From NCBI RefSeq assembly GCF_006345805.1, contig NC_043006.1, positions 102,238,001 through 102,302,000 on the forward strand: a stretch of 64,000 bases of DNA, in the 5' to 3' direction. The position numbers and the translations under genes are program-made. Below are positions 37,628-50,599 of this stretch, in pieces. The notes under the pieces are model-generated. The model saw nothing but the letters and a program-made list of their open reading frames with translations, did not search any database and was not told where the DNA came from. The DNA comes from Octopus sinensis. Its lineage: Eukaryota. Every line of letters starts with the position of its first letter. Position 1 is the stretch's first letter.

Positions 37628-39077
37628 TATATAAAATAATGAAGTCAACCCAAATTATATTTTGAAAGCATTTAATACTTGTGTTTCAGATCTGTTGTAA
37701 TATATAACAGGAAATAGATTCCCGTAGGCAAGACATTCTTCAGTTAATACATTTCTAAATATATTTTGATGATATTTTGAAATGTAATAACTGAAGAAGT
37801 TCTTGCATAAAGCGGGTGTATTTCCTATTCTATGTTACACGAGACCTAAAATGTATGTATCAAACACTTTCAAAATGTCATTATTTGGTTTAAGTTCTTG
37901 GTAATGTTTTATCTCTTGCTATTACTTATATAACTTAGTCCCCCATCAGTTTGATGCCTCTTGAGTTCCAGCTAGAATACCAGTAAGTAACTCAGAATAA
38001 AACTGTGCATAGAGACAGTATGGATTCCACAAGCCACAGCAAATGCAATCAATCAAAGCTGTGGAATATAAACTGATACAGTAAAGAGGAGATATTTCAA
38101 TCCTGTCACACAGGTATGGATGACAAATTATAATGCTCTCAAGCAATAAATGTTAAACGCTTGTGGTAAGAAGAGTCCTCAGCCATAAAAACACACCAAA
38201 AATATGACTGTGAAATCAATAAAAGAAACAAATTGGTGTGTGTATGTATGTGTATACTCACACACACACACACACACATACACCAGATAAATTGTCTGTT
38301 CTACATAAATTATAACAAAATTGTTTGTGTGTGTTTTGAAAGAAAGTAAATGATTAGGGTATATTCTCAGAACTGGTTGACTGTATTTTGTATTTTCAGT
38401 AAACAACCCAAAAAGTTATTTTTTCTTTTGATTTTTAGTGTATCAGAATTTCACCTTTTCATGTCATATCATCATCATCATCATCATCATCATCATTTAG
38501 CGTCCGTTTTCCATGCTAGCATGGGTTGGACGGTTCAAATGGGGTCTAATGTAAATAAATAATTTGACTTCCTTTCCTTTTCACAAAACACACAAGAGAA
38601 AACATTTAGTTCTGCTATAGCGAGCCATCCATATGGGTGACCAACCATGTGATGTTAAAGAGACAAGTCTCACCCAAGGACAAAATTCTTATCTATCTGA
38701 AGTAACTTTTGTAAGTGATCACCTGACAAATCACCTGCAGAAAAATATTACTCCTTTTCCTATTAGATGGGCCGACAGGACATGATTCAACTCCAGGCTC
38801 CATTGTCATTGTGGTTTAGCTCTTTGTCAACACTGATCAGGCAGACCTGCGATGAACAACATTAGTTCGAAGGATCAAATATTATTTGTGAGCAGGAAAG
38901 AAGACAAGACAGATTTTTTTCCAGCACAGTGGCTTGCTACTTGCTGCAGTTCTTTGTCATCTTCGCTGTGGCATCGAACTTCCTGAAATCAGCCTTTCTT
39001 GGTCTTCTCCTTTATCAGATTCCACTCAATTCAATCACTTGGCACTTTCTTCCCCAACTGTCATCCTTCATAAGAAA

Positions 39078-39620
39078 CACTCCGTCGGTTACGACAACGA
39101 GGGTTCCGGTTGATCCGAATCAACGGAACAGCCTGCTCGTGAAATTAACGTGTAAGTGGCTGAGCACTCCACAGACACGTGTACCCTTAACGTAGCTCTC
39201 GGGGATATTCAGCATGACACAGAGAGTGACAAGGCCGGCCCTTTGAAATACAGGTACAACAGAAACAGGAAGTAAGAGTGAGAGAAAGTTGTGGTGAAAG
39301 AGTACAGCAGGGATCACCACCGCCCCCTGCCGGAACCTCGTGGAGGTTTTGGTGTTTTCGCTCAATAAACACTCACAACGCCCGGTCTGGGAATCGAAAC
39401 CGCGATCCTACGACCGCGAGTCCGATGCCCTAACCACTGGGCCATTGCACCTCCACTGGTGAAAGAGTACAGCAGGGATCACCACCACCCCCTGCCGGAG
39501 CCTCGTGGAGTTTTAGGTGTTTTCGCTCAATAAACACTCACAACGCCCGGTCTGGGAATCGAAACCGCGATCCTATGACCGCGAGTCCGCTGCCCTAACC
39601 ACTGGGCCATTGCGCCTCCC
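39078..39620 (-). mobile_element. tRNA-derived SINE family C with duplicated 5' head
   Basis: Minus strand GGAGGCGCAATGGCCCAGTGGTTAGGGCAGCGGACTCGCGGTC..GGTTTCGATTCCCAGACC with A and B boxes; head occurs twice with 165-bp period. Confidence 0.88.
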
Positions 39621-40409
39621 ATCCTTCATATACATTATGTATTCATACCAGCTCAGTTCTCTTTCATGCACATTCCATCTGATTCTCCCTCTACCTGACT
39701 CTACTCTCACCTTATTCGTCCTATGTCATTATTTCATTTTCACATGTCCAGTAAAGCATGCTTGCCTCATTCCTTTCCAGCCGTTACACATCCTCTGCAG
39801 TGTATATCAACCTGATCCATTGTAGTGCATCATTATACCTAGTTAACCCTACCACACATTCCACACACATTCCACACACACACACACTTAACATTTACAA
39901 TTTCCCCCTTCCGCTAATGAAGAGAAATTGGTGGATATAGAACAGTCAACTTTTGAAACTGGCAATTATTTTGTCATGCCAGCATGTTACCCATCATACT
40001 TTCATCTGTATATGTATGTCTGAACATCTACACACACACACACACCACTAGTCTGGTTACTACGAAGTGTATGTATGTACTATAATTTCTCTATTATCTC
40101 CCTCTCTTCTTCCATAGTCACACTGGTAAACAATTGCTGTATTTTAGTCTGTGTTGCTTGTTTGTCTGTTTGTTTATTAGTTTTGCCAATATTTGTTGAA
40201 ATATTGTGTTGGAGATGTTCATTATGTCTTCCAGTCAGCTAATAACTAACTATGCTTAAAACTATGTGGCAACAGCAAGTGGCAGTGGTGATGATGGGAG
40301 TGGTTGCAGCAGCAGTGGGGTGGTGGTGGTGGTGGTGGTATGTTGTGATGTAATAGAAGAGTTGAAGTGTCTGGTATTGTTATGATGAGGGGTGAGTTGG
40401 TAATATTGG

Positions 40410-40630
40410 TGATGTAAGGCAGCGATTCAGCAGAATCATTAGTATGCCGAGCAAGACTCTTAGTGGCATTTCGTCTGTCTCGACATTCTGAGTTCAAATT
40501 CCACCAAGGTCGACCTTGCCTTTCATCCTTTCGGAGTTGATAAAATGAGTATCAGTTGTGCACTGGGGTCGATTTGATTGACCTGGCCCTTCTCCAAAAC
40601 TGCTGGCCTTGTACCAAAATTTGAACCCAA
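40410..40630 (+). mobile_element. SINE family B
   Basis: TTCTGAGTTCAAATTCCACCAAGGTCGACCTTGCCTTTCATCCTTTCGGAGTTGATAAAATGAGT..CTGGCCTTGTACCAAAATTTGAA. Confidence 0.85.
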
Positions 40631-41581
40631 CATTGGTGAAGGTGCAATGTTGATGGTTGGATGTAGTGCTGGTGCTAGTCATGTTGCTACAAGCAGAGTG
40701 CTTGTGGTTAACATGGTGTAGTGGTATGGTTGTTGTAGCAGCAGATGTAGTAGTTACATTCAACAGCAGTTGTAAAAGTAGCTCTGATTTTCACATTAGT
40801 TGTGAAGAGTTGGCAGTGGCAATAAGGATTTCTAACACAAGCTCAAATTAATTAGTAGGGGCTATAGTTAAATACACAGATCCCACTACTTAATCTGCAC
40901 TTTATTTGTAATGACCTCCTTAAAGGATGAAGGGCATGGTCGACATACAAAGGATTTTAACTCAACTTATAAAGTGTTGTAACTAAATAATCCTTTGTAC
41001 TATAGGCACAAGGCCTGAAATTTTCGTGGGAGCAGGGTCTAGTTAATTGCATTAACCCCATTGCTTGACTAGCACTTATTTAAGTATAACGTGGCAACCT
41101 GGCAGAATGGTTAACATGCTGGGCACGGGTTGAAGTATTTGACTTACCCAGTCTCTGAAATTGCTGACCTTCTACCAAAACCGTCATTATCATCATTACC
41201 ATACATCCGTTTTCCAAACTGGCATGGTTGGATGGCTTCGCTCAGGGACCACATCAGGTTCCATAGTCTGTTTTGACTTGGTTTCTTCAGCTGGATGCCC
41301 TTCCTAATGCCAACCACTCCACAGTGTGTTCTGGGTGCTTTTTATGTAGCACCAACACCACAAAATGTAAAAACCAATATCAATAGTAACTGTTTTTTGT
41401 TTTATTAGTATCAATAGTAATAAATAGTTTAGACGAAGTCATAATTGGTCTCTTTTTATCCTTCCATATGCCCACCCTTTCTGTTGCCCCTCTCTTATTT
41501 CACTCCACTATATTAGATTCAGTAATGTGTATGTATGCATTTCTCTGTGTATCTCTTTCTCTCTCTCTCTCTCTCTCTTTC

Positions 41582-41612
<31 letters not shown>

Positions 41613-43062
41613 TTCCGTGAATATGTGTATTTCTATTGTATGTGTTTCCCTGTGTGTAACAGATCTGATAAATACAACTTCATTAAGTTTTCATGTTTCG
41701 CGCTTCATGAATTCACCTTCACAAACAGAAGGTATTGATTGCTGTGTGTGTGTGCGTGTGTATCTGTATGTCTGTTTACATGTTTTGTCTGTGTATGTCT
41801 ATGTGAACGTCTGTTTGTATAACTGATTGTGTGTGTGTTTATGTCTATAAAGATATGTTTCTATGTCTCTTTGCATTTATGCTATCATCTATTTGTCTGT
41901 GTATCTTTGTTTACATGTTTATCTATGTGTGTTTGTGTTTCTCGCTGTCTGTGTATGTGTGTTATATTTCTTCATTCATCTAGCTTTCATACCACCTCTC
42001 TACATCTCTGATTTGTTTATAGTGTTGTTGTTGTTGGTGGTGGTGGTGGTGGTGGTAGTAGTGGTGGTATCATTACCTTTTTATATTTTTTCTGTTTCCT
42101 TACATTATTTCTATTGTTGTTATTATTTAATACATTTTTTAAATTTTATTTTTTTTTTTTGCCTTTATGATTGAATTGGAATATCTGTCTCTACAGTTTT
42201 GTAAATCAACTACACACAAACACACACACACAGATAGATCTGTACATATGTTAATAGTTAATAGAACACACACACACACACACACATATATTTATACAAA
42301 CATGTATAAATACTCGTGTTTGCTCAAATTCCTATAAGCACATGCACACACACAGCAAAAGGAAACTGAGATTGTTCCAGATAAAATATTTATTAATAAA
42401 AAGGTATCTAATGCCACAGGTTGCTTTATTTAACTCCTAGAATCCAATTCTATGTCTTTGTATTGCTGTTATTATTGGTGTTTTACTTGTAGTAAAGGCA
42501 GTGGTGGTGGTGGTGGTCGTGGTGTAGTTTAGTTCTTCAATTGGTTTAAACCATTGTGGCTCTGTTCTTTTGTTTGTATTTGTTTATTGTTTTAGTGTTT
42601 TTGCTGTTTTGTTTTATATTATGTTAGCTTATGTTAGTGATGTAAGTAGGTGTTTTTGTTTTTATTTTGTTTTGTTTTGTTTTGTTTGTTTTGGTTTGTT
42701 TTGTTTTTCTTCTTTTTCTGTCCATTCAGCTCTTCTGTCCTGCTTCCATCTCAGTAGATTATGTTTGCAGAGAAGGGATAAGGAAGAACGGTGGAGTGGT
42801 GGAGCATCAGGAGAAGTGGTGATGCAAGACGGATGGTGATAGGATGGGGAGAGAGTGTGTGTGTATGAGAGAGAGAAAGAGAGAGAGGGACATTGAGGAA
42901 AGTGTAATGTTGAAACATGTTGCTGCTATTGAATACAATGATTAAACAGGGAAATGCTAAAGGGAACTAAGCTTTATGCTTGCACAGCACACGCATGCAT
43001 CATTTACTACCATAAAATTAAACACATACATGCACATAAACACACACACACACATACACTCA

Positions 43063-43097
<35 letters not shown>

Positions 43098-44084
43098 CCT
43101 CTCTCTCAAAGATTGGCGTGTGTGTGGATTTCTAAATATCAGCTTTACATGAAGGAAATCTCAACTGTTCAAAATCAATAGAAACAAAATCAGAATTTCT
43201 TCAGTGTAATCCTGCAGACATAAGAAATTTGGGGCCTTCAAATTGCTTAGAGAGAAAGAGAGAGAGTGCTTGCACACACAAAGGATATCATGTGCCCTTA
43301 CCTTGTTTTTAACTTCTTCAGGGATAACGTCCAGCCCCATGATTTGATTTAACTGCCATAAAAGTTTTCTCTGAAAAGTTTTATAGCTTTACAACTACAT
43401 CTCTTACTCCCATTTGACACAAGTCAACATTTTCCCCTCCAGTCTCTGTAAAGTAAAGAGTAGCATTGTCTTTTATTATTACTTTTTGTAAACTTGTAGA
43501 AATCAGTAGAACAGCATTCATTTGTGGTTTCTGGGAAAGTTAATGAGACAAATCTTCTCACAGATAGGTTGCCTGTTTATTGCAGTTAATTTCTCCTATG
43601 AGTAGAAGTAAAATCAGTTTTGCAAACCAATGAATCATTCATTAATTTTACATTACTACTGCTGCTGCTACTGCTGCTTCATTTTTTTTTCTTTATTTTT
43701 TTTTAATATCCATTTTCTTCTACTTGCATGGAGTAGAAAGAATTCAATTGGGCAGATTTTTCTAGAGCCAAATTCTCTTTCTGTTGCCAACTGCTTACCA
43801 TTTACAAGCAAGGTAATATTTTCCTGTGACCAGACATGTGTTCACAGAGGATTGGAAATGAATGCTTATGTAACGGTAGCACTGTTTCACAACTATCACA
43901 TTATGTCAAGACAAGGAGACACAAAACATACACACACACATATACAGACATGCATATCTATCTGTGTGTGTGTGTCTGTGTGCGTAGTGTGTGTGTGTGC
44001 ATAGTGTATGTGTGTGTGTGTGTGCATAGTGTGTGTGTGTCTGTGTGTATAGTGTGTGTGTCTGTGTGTGTGCATGTGTGTGCG

Positions 44085-44245
44085 GTAGGCTTCTTTCAAT
44101 TTTCTGCCTATCAAATCCACTCAAGGCTTTGTGAATGGATTTGTTTGTCTGAATCTGTAGTCGGAGATACTTGCCCAAGATGTCACACAGTGAGACCAAA
44201 CTCGATGCCTTGTGTTGGGAAGCAGACATCTTAGCCACACAAACA
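44085..44245 (-). mobile_element. SINE family A 5' half, decayed
   Basis: GGCTTCTTTC..CAAATCCACTCAAGGCTTTG..ACTTGCCCAAG..GGGAAGCA. Confidence 0.75.
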
Positions 44246-44277
44246 TTCCTGTATCCATATATGAACTTTCATATGTA

Positions 44278-44493
44278 TGAAGGGATGCTGAAAAGTTCCT
44301 GGCTTTGGGTAAAAGAAAATACAGGAGAATCAGTAAATTATGACTTTATTCAACATATTCCCCTCTCAGATCCACAAACTTATTGCAGCTGTTCTTCAGT
44401 TTTTCTAAGCCCTGTAAAAGAACTCAGAGAGTTGGGCCTCAAACCAGGTCTTTCTCGGCACCCTTAAGCCAGGAACTTTTCAGTGCATCCTAG
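44278..44493. mobile_element. Mariner-type MITE
   Basis: TIR GGGATGCTGAAAAGTTCCTGGCTT / AAGCCAGGAACTTTTCAGTGCATCC; TA on both flanks. Confidence 0.8.
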
Positions 44494-44699
44494 TACATAC
44501 AGTACTGTGGTATCTACTAATGACATGAGCACCATTGTGGGTTAGGCATTCCAGTATCGATGATAGCACATGAGCAACTAAATTTCTGCTGTTTCATATT
44601 CCATTAACTTGAATGTCCATTCTTTCAATATAAACACATAAGAAACAATTTTTTTCATGTCGGTCATTTTGCCAGTAAATGTTCTCAGGTGGCCCTTAA

Positions 44700-44925
44700 C
44701 CCTTTTGTGATGCTTTGTATTTATTTTGAGATGCTCTGTGTTTCTTTCAATTAATTTTAAATATAACAAAGAATTTAGTAAAATAACTTAGTTATCATTA
44801 AGCTGGTGTTAGGAACATAAATTATGACTAAGGTTTGGTAGAAGATTTTCATTCAGAACATATGAAAACAAGATATTTGTACCACAGAGCCAGAGGCGGT
44901 TTCAGCCAGGCTGGTATCAAAAGGG
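44700..44925. mobile_element. piggyBac-type MITE
   Basis: TTAA-CCCTTTTG..CAAAAGGG-TTAA (TTAA at 44696-99 and 44926-29). Confidence 0.7.
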
Positions 44926-45589
44926 TTAATTATGTTCACCTGACATGATGAACAAAGATTCACAACAACTAATTTATCAAAAGCTTTTACAACTCTCTTA
45001 TAAATTAATTGTTGCTGACACAAGTCATTACCACTTTCTTCAGGTTCTTAATCTGTCCCCTATTTAGAAGAAAGCTTGATATCTGCTCTCCTCTTGTATG
45101 TGACAAATCTGTCATTTAAACATTAACATTATACTTCGTACACTAATGTGTCTCACGCTTGGTGCACATTTAACTCCTCAGCATGTTCCGCATGGTTGGG
45201 AAGTAAGCTTCTTAACCATACAGCTGCACACACATGCATGCACACACATGCATGCACACACATGCATGCACACTCAATGGCTGAGCATGTTTTCACAGAA
45301 GATTACTTAATATCATGCTTGTGTGACAGTGATGTTTGTTTACAACTATCATATTATAACGACGATGGTGGTGGTGGTGGTGGTGGTGGTGATGCTGGTG
45401 CTGGTGGTAATGATGGTGATGGTGGTGGTGGTGGTGATGCTGGTGATGCTGGTGATGCTGGTGGGGGTGATGATGGTGATGATGATGTGTGGGTGCTCAA
45501 CTTTTGACAAATGACTACCACAAATGATTTGCTTATAGTGATCAAATGTATGTGCCATACATATAAGCTCACCCTCTCCATCAAACTGA

Positions 45590-45745
45590 CATTTCCTAAA
45601 CAGGCTCATGATGTCCTTCACATCAGGTGTCGAAGTGATTGCAGAGCAATGTGAGATGAAGTGTTTTGCTCAAGAACACATCTGGGATGGGAATTGAAGT
45701 CACAACCTCATGATCATGAGTGCAACACCCTAACCACTAGACTGT
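45590..45745 (-). mobile_element. tRNA-derived SINE family D fragment
   Basis: Minus strand CTAGTGGTTAGGGTGTTGCACTC..TGTGTTCTTGAGCAAAACACTTCAT; related to 60325-60480. Confidence 0.65.
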
Positions 45746-45779
45746 AATAATGATGATGATGATGATAATGATAATAATG

Positions 45780-45970
45780 CTTTCAAATTTTGCCTCAAGG
45801 GCAGCAATTTTGTGGGAGGGGATGAGTTGATTACATCGACCCCAATATTCAACTGATACTTATTTTATTGACCCCTAAAAGGATGAAAGGTAAAGTCGAC
45901 CTCGGTGGAATTTGAACTCAGGACATAGCAGTGGGTGAAATACCGCTCAGCATTTCATCCTGTATGCTAA
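45780..45970 (-). mobile_element. SINE family B
   Basis: Reverse-complement core AAAAGGATGAAAGGTAAAGTCGACCTCGGTGGAATTTGAACTCAG. Confidence 0.8.
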
Positions 45971-46054
45971 TGAATCTGCCACCTGATGATGATGTCGATG
46001 ACGATGACATTATTATTGTTATTATTATTATTAATAGTCTCTTAAAATTTGAAA

Positions 46055-46320
46055 TTGAAAGAATGTATGGAAACTGTATAGGTTGTGTTTGTAATAATTG
46101 GTGCATTAGGAACTGTGGGTAATGATATAGACAAATGGTCGAAGGAGATTGGAATAAAATGTCCTAAGCTTCCACATAAAGTTTACCTTTTATGGACAGG
46201 AAAGATTATCAGAAGGGTTTTGACTACTTGACAGATTATTGGAAGCTTGTGGATATCTAAGGGTACAGGTAGCAACCTGCTACCCACATAAATTCTACCA
46301 GGAATAAGAATAAACCTAGG
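46055..46320 (+). mobile_element. 3' end of an R4/Dong-like element after a (TTA)n tract
   Basis: VVFVIIGALGTVGNDIDKWSKEIGI..LLWTGKIIRRVLTT* resembles the R4/Dong C-terminal pattern VVPIVIGALG..LLGTAxIIRxVL. Confidence 0.65.
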
Positions 46321-46719
46321 TCAAATCAAATGATACCGAAGAAGAGCAGGAGAGAAGGATACGTGACTGAAGATGAGTCATATTTGTGGATGCTGTGATT
46401 AAAAAATGCTTTAGAACTAACTATAAGGTTCCTGGTTCAATCTCTCCGGTAATGTTTTGAGCATCTTGAGTTAAATCCTTAAATCCTTAAAAATGTTTTA
46501 GCCCGAAGGCCGTGGCCATGCTGGGGCATAACAGAAGTTTTCTGAGTGTACTAGTGTAAAAGCTCCTTGGCTGGATTGTAGCCTTAGGTGAAAGGACCAG
46601 CCTTGTTGTATTGGATCATTCCATAATAATGTGGTTTTATCAATTGCATGAACTAAAAGTTGGAGAGGGACAGGATAAACTATCTGCATCAACTTACTAT
46701 AAAAGCAGGTAGTAAGTTT

Positions 46720-47525
46720 ACCTTGTACTTATTCTTAGTGCAAGTTTTGAAAAGTGCAGTTCGATTTTAACAGTTATTTTTTTCAAAACTATAATGGAAG
46801 TGACAAAGGAGTATATTCAGTATATTTTGCTTTATGAGTTCAATAAAGGCAACAGCACAAAGTAAAGTGTGAGGAATATTAATGCAGTCTTTGGGGATCG
46901 GACAATAAGTGTAAGCCTGTATCAACGGAGGTTCCAGAAATTCTAAGTCAGAAACTACAGCCTAGGGGATGAGCCTCATCCTGGAAGATATGTAGACCTT
47001 GACATGGATGTCCTGCAAACTCTGATGGAAAAACATCTCGTCATAACCGTTGAGGAACTAGCAGAGAAACTTGGATTTGGTCATTCAAGTCAGCACTAAA
47101 AGAAAAGTGACCATCTTTGGTTTCATGAAGAAAGGTGTTCCTCCATTAGGATAATACTCAGTTACATACAGTGAGGATGACATTCCAAAGTCTGGAACAG
47201 TTTGAATGGGAAACGATGCCCCACCCACCATATTCACTAGACATTGCTCCATTTGATTATCATTGATTCCGTAGTCTTCAAAATCGTTTGGATGGAAAAA
47301 ATATGAATTCTGTAGACGATGTCAGAACAGTACTGGTGGGTATTTTTCATCACAGACAAGTGAAATTTGGAAGAGGGGCCTTGCAAGTCTACCAGATAGA
47401 TGGAGGAACATTATAGAAAACGAAGGGGAGTATATATTTTAAATTAAAAAGGAACTTTGTTTATCTTTATTTTGAAAAATAAAAGAATTATAAAAAAAGC
47501 ACATTATTTATGGGATGACCCAATA
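46720..47525 (+). mobile_element. Mariner transposase relic, internally deleted
   Basis: ATG 46794 MEVTKEYIQYILLYEFNKG..DEPHPGR..TVEELAEKLGFGHS, later HPPYSLDIAPFDYH; right end TATGGGATGACCCAATA. Confidence 0.85.
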
Positions 47526-47783
47526 TATTGTATTACACTGACTAAACCTTAGTACTATGTTCACAGTGCATGTACCTGTGGAATATGCAGCCACTTATAT
47601 GTTAGTTTAATATGCATGTAGTTCAGTTGAATGCTTATTATCAAAACTGACAGAGGATTCATCAACATATTGTAGAATTGTAAATTACTAATAAATATTA
47701 ATGTCAACTTTACTATAGGTTTGGAGTATTCTAAATCTCATTAGAAGTTTTATACAGCAGTCATCATGAGAGTAAGAGAGAGA

Positions 47784-47824
<41 letters not shown>

Positions 47825-48576
47825 TGTTTACAAAAATGTCAACTTTAATTTAATTCATTCATGTATAATTTATATTGTGTTGATGTATGCATGTGTCCTC
47901 GTTCATGTATGTGTGTATGTGTATCTGTATTTAATATGCAGTATGTGATCATGTGTGTATGAATAGACAGCATTTCAAAATAAATTTCTTCTAAATATGA
48001 CTGTATATTCCAATAAAAAGAATAGCTTTAAATCAATTTAACTCAAACCAATATTTGAGAAGGAGATTGTGTTTCAAAACTTCATTAATGAATACAAATA
48101 TAGCTTACTGTTTGAACTAGACACCTTTTCAGACAAACAGAATTGCTCATCAAGATATTTTCAGTGATATACTAATCTCATTCTTGTCTTTTTATTTTTG
48201 TTTTTCCCATCATCCATACTAAAAGCTTTTCAATGTGTTGCACCATTCTCTGTGTGTCTCTCTCTCTATTTGTGTGTGAAACATTTTGTATCTATGTTTG
48301 CCTCTGTTTGTGTGAAGCAAGGTGTATGTGCATTGAATCTTGATTTCAATTAAGTAGTCTATAAATAAGAAAGGTCAAATTAAGTGCTTTGTGTTACTGT
48401 TTCTATCAAAATGCTTTATGGTAATTGTGAGATGTTGCAGAGAGGATAAAAGCACCAACTCTCAGAGCTAGAAAGCCAGGAGTTTGTATCCCCTTATATC
48501 TTATGTTCTGTGCCATGGGCAATATTCTAGCCACACCCATTTCCCATCTACCTGGCAACAAAATGTCAAGTTATAA

Positions 48577-48607
<31 letters not shown>

Positions 48608-49729
48608 TGTGTGTGTGTGTGTGTGTGTAATAACATAATGGTAGAATATTGATCTAACTGGAAATTAAGATATAATTCGATGGATTACAATGCCAAAATT
48701 GAATTCTGTTACACAAGAATACATTTTATTCCTCTCTTCCATTCATTTGTCAGCAGCAGAATATGTAGAAAGTGTAGGGGGTGTATTTAAATACTACAGC
48801 TAGAGGTAAAAAAAATTTTCTGCAAGATCGCTTACCTAATCTACCAACTCACCAGATAGCTTGTGGCAAGTACAGTAGTCTATTTTATTTAAAGTCACAA
48901 CACAATGCCTGTAGAAAAATTTGAACTCATGATTTTTCGACCAATATTTCATTTTAACTCTGCAGGTACTGAATCTTTAAAATAATTATAATTTTTCTTC
49001 TTCTTCCTCTTCTTTTTTATGGACATAAAGAGATGGTGGCATTTTCTGTTCACTGGAGTTGCTAAATTGCTGGTGAATGACAAAAGGGGGAGTTACTAGG
49101 CTCAAATCATCTGTTTGGTCCTTGCACACCATTCCTGCCCAGCAACACAAAGAAATGGCTGCAGTAATTTTAAACTTGTGACCTATGAATTTGTAATCTA
49201 GAATCGTATCACTCAACCATTTCACTTCTTATCAGACAAAGTAAAAACAATAGAAGTGTGGCACAATATTTTTTAACAATTTCTTCAAAGAACTCTGCTT
49301 AGAAGAAATATTGGCAATCCTCATTTTTGATATTTAGCATATACCCCACAACAATGAAGGAAATATTTTCGTTCAGCTCATGTCAGTGTGATAGATGAGG
49401 TAAAGGAAGGAAATATCAAATATTACAACGAATCTGAGTTATTTTGCTTTTGTTAAATTTATTAATAATGTTTTTGTTTTCTTTTTTTTTTTGCCAGAGA
49501 TGTTTTTAATATTTCTCAGTTATAAAGGAAAGGGAAAATAATAACCATGTAATGGATATAACCATGATTTACTCTCAACTCTAACTGGACTCTTTCATCA
49601 TTGCAATAACTTTAGCCAAAATTACACTGAACTTTCTTGTATTACACTTACAACCAAAAACTAAAGGAATCTACAATCTACTACTTATTTCTATCCTCTC
49701 TCTCCATCTAATTTATATATAATATTATA

Positions 49730-49767
<38 letters not shown>

Positions 49768-50599
49768 TCAAAATAAGCAACAAATTATATCCGAGGTAAT
49801 GTGGTACGATCGTTTCATGCTACTTCAGTTTATTAAACACTGTAAGCATTACATCAATTTTAAAATGTTGAGCAATCTTCAGCCACCTTTAGAAATTTTG
49901 CAAACAACCGAACAATGCACATCTTTATTCCTAATTCATTTGCCAACATTATAAAGAGGGTAGATATACAGACAGAGAGGTCGATTTCCTACCTGCTTTA
50001 CCATGGTTTCTATAGCTGGATGCCCTTCCTAATGTCAACCACTTTACAGAGGTTGCTGGTTGTTTCTTATGTGGTACAGATGCAGTGAGATCATTAAGTA
50101 ACTTGCAAGACAAGACCCTTCAACAGAGAGGGGAGTAGTATTGAGGGAGATGGGTTAGTGTCAGGGGATGAGAAATTATAGTATGAATACAGTGACAGAA
50201 ATAGGTGTCTTGCAGTGGAAAAGATACATGGCTACTTCAGTTGGGGAGATGAGATGGTGAAGATGTGACAGGGTAGGGACCGGATAAGGTGAGTGGGTGT
50301 ATAAGTTCACAAGATTGCAAAAAGAGAGTGGGAAATGGAGGGGTGAGGAATGAAGTGATTGGGCACATATGGGGGAAGGGTGTTTGGAGGTTGTGTTGTA
50401 GAGAAGAGATTTGACAGAGACGTAGTGTGCATATCGGTTCACAACAGAGAATAGAAGTTAATGGGGGAAATGATACAAGTGGTGAAGACATGTGAAGGAG
50501 AGTCAATGTTGGTAAGATGGGCTGTGGAGAAAAGGTTTGCTAAGGACAGATTGTGTGTGGGAGTACAAACGAGGCCAAAACGGTGTGTCCTTGTTGACC

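Noticed and set aside
39545-39620. Functional tRNA gene on the minus strand
   Set aside because: A and B boxes are present but I could not build a proper acceptor stem, and it continues into a SINE body; the same holds for the other SINE heads.
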